DNA of 64,000 nucleotides from the human T2T-CHM13v2.0 reference genome, Homo sapiens: assembly GCF_009914755.1 (NCBI RefSeq), contig NC_060930.1; one strand, given 5' to 3'. Positions 55,901-64,000 of the stretch are shown here, in pieces. The notes under the pieces were generated by a model. The model did not search any database, was not told the DNA's origin, and saw nothing but the letters and a program-made list of their open reading frames with translations. A program made the translations under genes and the position numbers. The first letter of the stretch is position 1. Every line of letters starts with the position of its first letter.

Positions 55901-56954
55901 AATATACCTTAAGCTGTCAGAAGCCTCCAAATCCAAGATGCAGAACTGGAAAATAACTTTCTCAGCCTTTTTAAAATAATACAGCTAAAACTTATTTTTG
56001 AGGGATTCTCCTAATGGTATATCCTTTCATCCAACTAACACTCCAAGGGCTTGGATTTCAAATATCTCATCACATAAACATCATCCTTCCCTAAATCTGT
56101 TATCCCAATGTTTTTTGGCTTTCTAGTATCTCTTGAACAAACTTGCTGTGTTTTGAGAATTGCTTGCTTTAGGAGTTCTACCTCCCCTAGCTTTTTCTCT
56201 TCAATCTATAAATAGACATAGGCTAAGAAGTGCATGTTCTCACTCTCGCAGCTATGGCACAGGACCATAACTCAGTATTTCAACAATTGCACTTGCCTGG
56301 GTGAAGCTTTATCTGGCAGTAATTCCCATGGGTAAGTACACTCTGTGTAGGGTCTATTCATTGGCAAGATGGCAAAATTGATTAGTGGATTTCTGGGAGT
56401 AATAGTGGTTAAAATTTTGACTGTGGTTATAGAGCTGATGGCAATGCATCAGAGTCTTGGTGGCAGTCACACTGAGTTCCTGGCAGCTGAACGTAGTAGA
56501 GGTAGCAGTAGTCTCCGTCATGTTTTTCTCAAGCCAGTTCCTGGAGTGTTTTGGACCACTGTTCCTGAAACTTGAGTGTTGAACCACCTTTTTAGCAATT
56601 CTCTTAGTTTCTCAATATATTTCTGATCAACTTTTTGTATTATACAACCAAAGATTTATTGTAATGGAGAATTATGAATAATACATTTAATATTACATTT
56701 AATATCACAATTAGAGAAAAGCAAAATTGCTATAATGGAAAGGTAAATTTGCTGGAGAAAAAACACTGAGCCTGGAGTAGCATATTCAGTCTCTCACTAG
56801 TTTTGTAACTAGGAAAAGACATTTAGTTTTTTCTATTTAATCTATGAATAGGCATAATATTTATTAAGATTCCATCTTTCTAATTTTTTTTCTCCCCAAA
56901 GAAGAGATTCGGTGAAATTGAGTAATGTATTGCTTAAGATCACAGAGGTCCATG

Positions 56955-57185
56955 ATAGTGGTGGTTAAATCCTAGCTTTACACTCTGCCTTTGTGACCTT
57001 GACTCAATCACCTACACTCTCTCTGTCTCAGTTTCCTCATCTAGAAATTGCATTGTAATAGTACTTAGATGATAGGGTTCTTTGGAGGTTTAAATGAGTT
57101 ATCCTGTCTACAAGCCTTAGACATTGTCTGGCACTGAGACCGCTTTGTTAAGTGATTATATGTTAGCTAAAATTGTTGTTGTTAC
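56955..57185 (+). mobile_element. MIR SINE
   Basis: 'tgtgaccttgactcaatcacct...tctcagtttcctcatctagaaattg...gaggtttaaatgagtt'. Confidence 0.75.
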
Positions 57186-57771
57186 TGTTTGTATGATGAT
57201 ATTGGTAGAACTTTATTAAAACACAAATTCTAGGGCCTCAAGATAGACCAACTATGTCAGAAACTCCAAGGTTTACACTTGCACATTTATATTTACAATA
57301 ATTATATACACTGATTGATTCTGGAGCACAACTAGGGGTAAAAACTGCTGAACCATTAATATCTGGGGTCATTATTAATGCCAGCCAACTGACAGAATCT
57401 CTGTATTTTCACACCTTGGTTAAAACATGCATTAATATGTTAAGTTGAATAGGCAAAAATTTATGGTAATAATACAGAAACAGCATGATGTAATGAAAAG
57501 TACCCTAGAGGAAGTTCAAGAGACATTTTCTAGTTTCTGGCTCTCACACCAACTCACTTATTAAAATTGGACTCTTCACAGAATTTCTTAGTCCTTTAGT
57601 TTCCCAAACCAAAAACCAAGGAACGTTGTCTAGATGATCCATAATGTTTTTACATAGAGAAACATTGATAGTATTTAGGAGGATATATATCTATATATAG
57701 ACACACACACATAAATACATACATGTGCATGCATGCACACCACCCCCATACCCACTATATATATATATATG

Positions 57772-57930
57772 GCTTCACTCTCTGGCTTTGTGACCTTGGG
57801 CCAGTCACCTAAACACTCTCTCTCTGTTTCCTCATTGAGAAATTGCAGAGTAATTGTACTTACATGATGGAGTTCTTTGGAAGTTTAAATGAGTTATTCT
57901 GTCTAAAGGGCACTTAGCTAGGCAATGTCT
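57772..57930 (+). repeat. Local duplicate of the MIR segment at ~56975-57129
   Basis: Shares non-consensus words with the upstream copy (e.g. 'agaaattgca', 'gttctttgga', 'ctgtcta'). Confidence 0.7.
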
Positions 57931-59984
57931 AAGCCATTTAGACTATGTTTGTATATATATGTGTATATATATATGTATATGTGTGTGTATATACATGCAC
58001 AAACACACACACACATATGTGCAAAGAACAGGATGGTTCAGGAATCAGAAAAACCTTACTAAACCATCGTTTAGTGCTTGACTTTGAGCAAGCATCTTAA
58101 TCACCTCAGCCTCTCCCTTTGTAAAATGAAATCATGAGAAACTTAACTACAATAGTAAGTTAAGATACATAAAAAATAAGTAGGAGTTTTTAAATATTTA
58201 TGTTCTTTAAATTTCACAATTTTATTATTGTTTGAACTAAAGTAGACCCCACATTGTATTTAATCATTTTTATATATCTAAATATTTAGACCTTGATGAA
58301 AATACAAAAAGAATGCATAGAAATAACAGAATTTCAGAGGAATCATGAGAAAACATATTGAAAATATATTTTACATCTTGAAAATGTATTTTAAATCTTG
58401 ATATGTATAAAAAACCTTAACCAAAAATACATTGTAGTCGATGATTTGCAAATCTTTCTTTTCTGTTATGCATTGGTTGTTACTGAATACTTTCATCCTC
58501 TACCCAATATCTTTGTTTATTTTATGCCACTTTGGAAGTGATTGTTTTTTTAAGAATGGATTATATGATGGCTAACACAAAAAAACACTGAAAGGTCAAA
58601 GGCAGTAAAGTATGTTTTTTTTTTCTAAGCAGAAATAAAAATGACTTTACCCTTCTGCAATGTTTCACTTTCATGCTTTTTATATTGGCTCAGTCAGGAA
58701 ATACATCTCATTCACATTGATCATTATAGCACACGCCATCAGGATAGACATAGCAGAGTGTTCAAAAATAAATCAGCTAGACACCAATGAACATCAAGAA
58801 GTAATACTCTCTGAGTTGCCTACAGTCTGTAACCCATATATTTATGTCAACTTGAAGGAAAATGTATAGACAATAAGTGAACATTAATGTAACAATGTTT
58901 GAGAAAAGAAAATGGTAACTATGGTTTTCATGTAAGAAATTCAATAGATGTTCATTTTTAAAGAAGATAATTTTTCTACTTAATGTCTATAGCTGTTTAT
59001 ATACTATCATCTGTCCTCTGAGTATGAAATTAACAACTTTTTATTTATAAATATTCTTACCTATGGTATTTACATATAATGTTCTATAGAATGTTCACCA
59101 CAAGCATTGCTGCCAAAAGATTTTTAACTGGATAGCCTGAGTCCTTATACTTTTCAACTAGCTATTCTTGACTCCTGATATTTTATTATAATTAAAATAT
59201 ATTCTATGCTCTATTGTTAACTTGTTATTAATTTCTTTTTTACAACCTTTCTTTTTATGATTCAATACTCTTTCTTCAAGCTCAGATGTTTCCAAATTAA
59301 TGTAATTGGGGTTAACTTGATAAAACTATCTCTTTTTTTCTGTAGGCATCTATTTTTTGTTAAGATTGCCTGCCTCTTGAAATAGGTAAGACAAATCTAT
59401 AAAACATCAGATATTTCTGCAATAATCAGGGATTACTTGTTTTTGTTACATGCTTTCATAAAACATGAAATAATTATTTGACCAGAAATAATTATTTGTC
59501 CACTATAACTTCAGAACAAATAAATAAAAATATGAAAATGTTTACAAACTATAAATTCCCACACAAATAAATTATCATTTTTATAGCTGCTTTATCACAT
59601 GATATTCTGGGGTATACACCTCTACATACATTTTTTATAATATTCCCAGTGGAGCACCTCTCTCTCCTCACTGCTTTACTAGATCTGTTGAAAGCAGGGA
59701 CAAAATAGTTGATTTTATTTTCAAGTTGGAAAAATGTGGCTTAAAGAATCCATATAATAGAGAAGGCAAAAGGACTTAAATACTATTTGGTTTCTCATTT
59801 ATTTCAAAGATATTTATCTTTTAATTAGAAAATGAAGAAATGATTATAATAAATGATTAAGTCTCAACAAATAAGAAAAGATAAAATTTTACCTGGCTCT
59901 GGGTAAAGAGAACATTCATTACCTTTAAATAACGACTACTTAGTATACTACAAGAATTTGTGTACTGAGGATATCCTGCCCCAA

Positions 59985-60260
59985 CCTACACCCCTTGTCC
60001 TCCTGATTCACGCTAATTTTTCAAGACTCAGCCTATGTGTTATGTCTTCAGTGAAGCATTATTTCTCCTTCCTTTGAACTTACCCACCCTGTTCTTCATA
60101 CCTATATCATCTATAGAATTTAACACACTAAAATTGCAATGTTGGATTTTTACAAAATCTTAAATTTTAAGTTACATGAGGGCAATAGTTGTGTTTTATT
60201 AATCTTAGCATCATTGCTGATAGCACAGTGGAAATCTCTTGAAAAATGTTTTTAAAATGA
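59985..60260 (+). mobile_element. L2 3' region
   Basis: 'tttcaagactcagcct...cttcagtgaagcatt...taagttacatgagggcaa'. Confidence 0.55.
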
Positions 60261-60633
60261 GTTAATCATAAAATGAATTTTATAAATATTTAAGAAATCA
60301 TGAAAGATGCCAGAGGCACTGAAACATTTTCATCAGTTGCTTTCAAATCATGTTCTTCAGTGTCTTAGTGGTCCCTTAGCTGTTTCTGATGTGAGTGTAA
60401 GTAGGGAGCTGAGAGTCCAGCTGCTAACCTCTACTCATTCTGCAAAATCCAGGTTTCCCCTTCCTTGACACATTGACCAGGGTGGCTTCGCCCATTTCTG
60501 ATTTATATATTATTGTCTGCATAACATTTTATTTTAATAAATTAGTTTTTCACTAGAGAAATCAGATCTGAAGTTCCAGGTTAAGGTGATCAAATGACTC
60601 TATTCCAAAAACCAGTAATGTTATGTTCTATAA

Positions 60634-61135
60634 CTGCACTGTTTAGTATGGTAACCAATACCTACATATATCTACTTAAATTTAGATTAATTGCAATTAA
60701 ATAAAATTTAAAATTCAGTTTTTTAGTCACATTGTCTCATTTTTTCATTTTACAGTGCTTTCATTTTTAATTATTATGAATAAATAATAGCTGTACATAT
60801 TTATGGGGTACACTGATATTTTGATACAAGCATAAAATGTGCAATGATCAAATCAGGATAATTGTGTTAGGAACATTTTAATTTCCCTCTTTTAGTTATT
60901 TTGAAATGTACAATAAATTACTGTTAACTCTAATTGCCCTACTGTGCTACCAGACACTAGGTCTTCTTCCTTCTAGTTACCTGTATTTTGTTAGCTAATC
61001 ATCAGCTCCCTATCTCCACCTCAAGGCCTGGCTGGCTTCACCATTCAAGTGCACAATAACTGCACAAGTATAGTATCATTTTGAACACCACACAACATAA
61101 TATTTCCATCATCACAAAGTTCTGTTGGACAGCTA
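60634..61135 (-). mobile_element. MER3 hAT MITE split by an L1MA fragment (pieces ~60634-60742, ~61042-61135)
   Basis: 'ctgcactgtttagtatggtaacc...ttaaataaaatttaaaattcagtt' resumes as 'attcaagtgcacaata...atttccatcatcacaaagttctgttggacagc'. Confidence 0.8.
60743..61041 (-). mobile_element. L1MA3-5-like 3' end
   Basis: 'gtacatatttatggggtacactgatattttgatacaagcata...tgatcaaatcagg'. Confidence 0.8.
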
Positions 61136-61231
61136 TTTTTTTCTAAAACAAATTAACTCTAATACCAATGATGGTAAAATCTTAGAATAATTTGAGAGAG
61201 GAAACAAGGGTAAATTATTAAGAAAGTACAT

Positions 61232-61793
61232 GAGTTTGATTTTTCAGATTCTACACCATAAGTAAAATTATGCAGCATTTTTCTTTCTGTACTCGGCATA
61301 TTTCATTTAGCATAATGTCTTCCAGGTTAATCCACATTGTTGCAAATAGTATGATTTCTTTCTTTTTCTCTTTCTTTCTTTCTTTCTTTTTTTGTCTTCT
61401 GTTTTTTAACAGCTGAATAATATTTTATTGTGGCGAATAGTAGAGTGGTTACTAGAGGTTGGGAGGCAGGGGATATGAGAGACGCTAGTTAAAGGTACAA
61501 CTTTTAGTTAAAGAATTAATAAATTCAGGAGACCTAATAGTATAGTAACTATAGTTAATTAATAATAATGTATACTTGAGAATAAGGCTTATCTTCTCTG
61601 ATCTATTCTAAGATAATAGTTTAGGAGTGTTCTACCACACACACAGTGTGGTAACTCTGTGAGGTGATAGATCTATGTTAACTAGCTTGATTGTGGTAAT
61701 CATTTTACAATGTATATATATCAAAACATCTTGTTGTACATCTTAAATATTTTTACGTTTTGTTTGTCAATCATCTCAGTAAAGCTGGAAACA
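61232..61793 (+). mobile_element. L1MA9-like 3' end with 5' inversion (inverted ~61232-61432, sense ~61433-61793)
   Basis: Antisense 'catttagcataatgtcttccaggttaatccacattgttgcaaat' then sense 3'UTR 'tagcttgattgtggtaatcattttacaatgtata...taaagctggaa'; TSD AAAGTACAT (61223-61231) / AAAGTGCAT (61794-61802). Confidence 0.78.
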
Positions 61794-63300
61794 AAAGTGC
61801 ATAAAATGCTCAGTTGACTTCTGTTAAGAGACCTGTTCCATGTGATTTTTTCCAATGGTTTTTAACTTATTTTGTAGGATAGAAGAATAGCAGACTAAAA
61901 ATGAGAAACCTGGAGGGACAGTCCGTTTCTTGTTATATCTATAATATGTAAACCATATATCTATAACATGTAAATCAAAAAACATATATGAAACGCAGGT
62001 AAAACTTATATAGTATAATGTCTATCTCTATCAGTCTTGGTAATAACAATTACATGATAATGATTAAATGATAGGAATGATAATGAATGCTTAAAGTATT
62101 AACGTTATAGATTATTTTAAATGCCTTTTTTATAACTCTAATTCCCGAATTGCTCATATAGCTGCTTTCCAAACAGGGCAAACGTTCGACTTCCACACTG
62201 AGACACGAATTAGAAACAAAAAGTGGCATACTGAAGTGAATAGGAGCAGAGACTTTGGGGCCCAAATGTCAAGAGTCTGAATCCTGGCTTCAGAACACGG
62301 ACTGTGGCTTTCTGTCTCAATAGGGTCAATAGGGTCATTTGTCCCACCTTGCTCTATCTTTCTTAATCAACTATATTTCCATTGAATTTTTGCTGTTATA
62401 CAAAACCAAACATGTTTCTCTGTCACTGGAGAAGCTATTTTTATAAACCTGCAGAGTTTTGGACAACAAACTAATATATCCTGGTCTTGGTATTTCCTAG
62501 AATGATGTCCAAATTTCATCTCCGATTAAATAATTTTTAACTTTTGAAACAATTACTTCTATCTTTAGTATTGCAGTCCAATTGTGAAAAATCCAATTAA
62601 CTCATTTTCCCCATATCACTCCTCTAGCATGTATTTTTGTGGATTTCCGATGAAATACACTTTCAATTCATTTAATGTATTGGATATATACCTTTGAAAG
62701 GATCAGAACAAAAACCATTATGGGATGCCTATAAAAGAAATCATTTTAAACTAGCCCCATATCCGTTTTGCAAGGAGTCTATATAAAGTAACAACTATAG
62801 AAACAATATCTAAGATGTAATTTCTCCATCATGGCTTTTTCAAAATTTTTCATAGTATCTTTGTGTAAAATCTCAAGAAATGTGCTCTGAGTTCAGTGAA
62901 AGGTTTTTAGTTTGTTAAGTAAGCACGCTAAAGGAGTGCCAATTAAGTAATTTAGTGGAATAGTTTTTTGTATAATGAAAGGTTGTACTTTAAAGACTCT
63001 TTCCCAAACTGCATTATACAACACATAAATGGATATGAAATCAGGAAGTTGAGAGTTACCCTCTGATACCTAACATCATAGGGCTTTCACCTTCATTTAG
63101 TTTTTTTTTTTTTTTTTGGTGGGGGGTGAACTTAGATAGTTTTCTTATTAAATCTACAAATACAAACATTACTGGATTGGAAGAGTTAATGAATGATAGA
63201 ATTGAGGTTTAAAAAGTATCAAAATCTAAGAAGTGCAATCTACAGAAATAAAAGTTAAGACATGCATTCATGTTCATAAAATTCACTACAAAAGAATAGT

Positions 63301-63555
63301 TAAGAAACATAAAGTCAAATACTGCATTTTCTCACTTATAACTGAAAGCAAAATAATGTACATACTTGGAATTGAGTGTGGAATAACAGATATTGGAGAC
63401 TTGGAAAAGGGGAGAGTGGAAGAGGGATGAAGGCTGAGAAATTACTTAATGAGTACAATGTACATGATTCATGTGGTTGCACTGAAAGTCCAGACTTCAG
63501 CACTAAGCAATATATCCATGTAACAAAGCTGAATTTGTACTCTTTAAATTTATTT
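63301..63555 (+). mobile_element. L1PB4-like 3' end
   Basis: 'gagaaattacttaatgagtacaatgtac...cagacttcagcactaagcaatatatccatgtaacaaa'. Confidence 0.82.
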
Positions 63556-64000
63556 ATTTATTTATTCACTTTTTAAAAGTAAGAGGGGGCTCTTTTTCTA
63601 CAGCTATTTGTGTAAAGTTATACCTCAGGAAATTTGATAACTATGAAAACATTGTTTAAAATATTAAAGTAATTTATTAATCCGTTAATAGTAGTACACT
63701 AGAAACATGATATTGTAGTCTGCATTGATGAGATGCATTGAGCTCAGTTTTTGAGTTCTTATTTTGGGAAAGCATTGAAAATATATAAGATTACTCTAAA
63801 GAGTTTGGTAGGAGCAGAGTAATATAAAAAGAAAAGTTGATAAAATTATGAAGTTTAGTGCTGAGAAGAGAAGCCCTGCCATGGCCATAGACCTGTCTGT
63901 ACACACTTGAAAGACTGCCTTGGTTGTTTTCATTTGTTTATCTACCACCCATTAGCCAAATTTAGACCAAACGTGAGAGACTTATATGGAAATGCATATG

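Overview
AT-rich, CpG-poor, repeat-dense primate genomic DNA, most likely human (AluJ/S/Y, THE1, L1PA and HSMAR2 are present). It reads as intergenic sequence or a large intron. I find no credible protein-coding gene or RNA gene; every ORF I can recognise in the track derives from Alu, L1, MaLR or mariner relics. The most structured region is 8.3-14.8 kb. It holds a complete THE1D MaLR provirus with an exact AGAGG target-site duplication (TSD) and an internal deletion. Next to it lies a full-length HSMAR2 mariner, split by a THE1C solo LTR and by a 5'-inverted (twin-primed) L1PA that itself carries an AluY. Other nests are LTR8A in a MER34/39 LTR, AluS in MSTB, and L1MA in MER3. Smaller observations include a second, older twin-primed L1, a local duplication of a MIR segment into a microsatellite, a back-to-back double hairpin, a DR3 nuclear-receptor motif made by a micro-duplication, and a few candidate non-coding exons and enhancer-like motif clusters. 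I see no evidence for a novel biological system. Subfamily names come from remembered consensus sequences and need RepeatMasker/Dfam confirmation.
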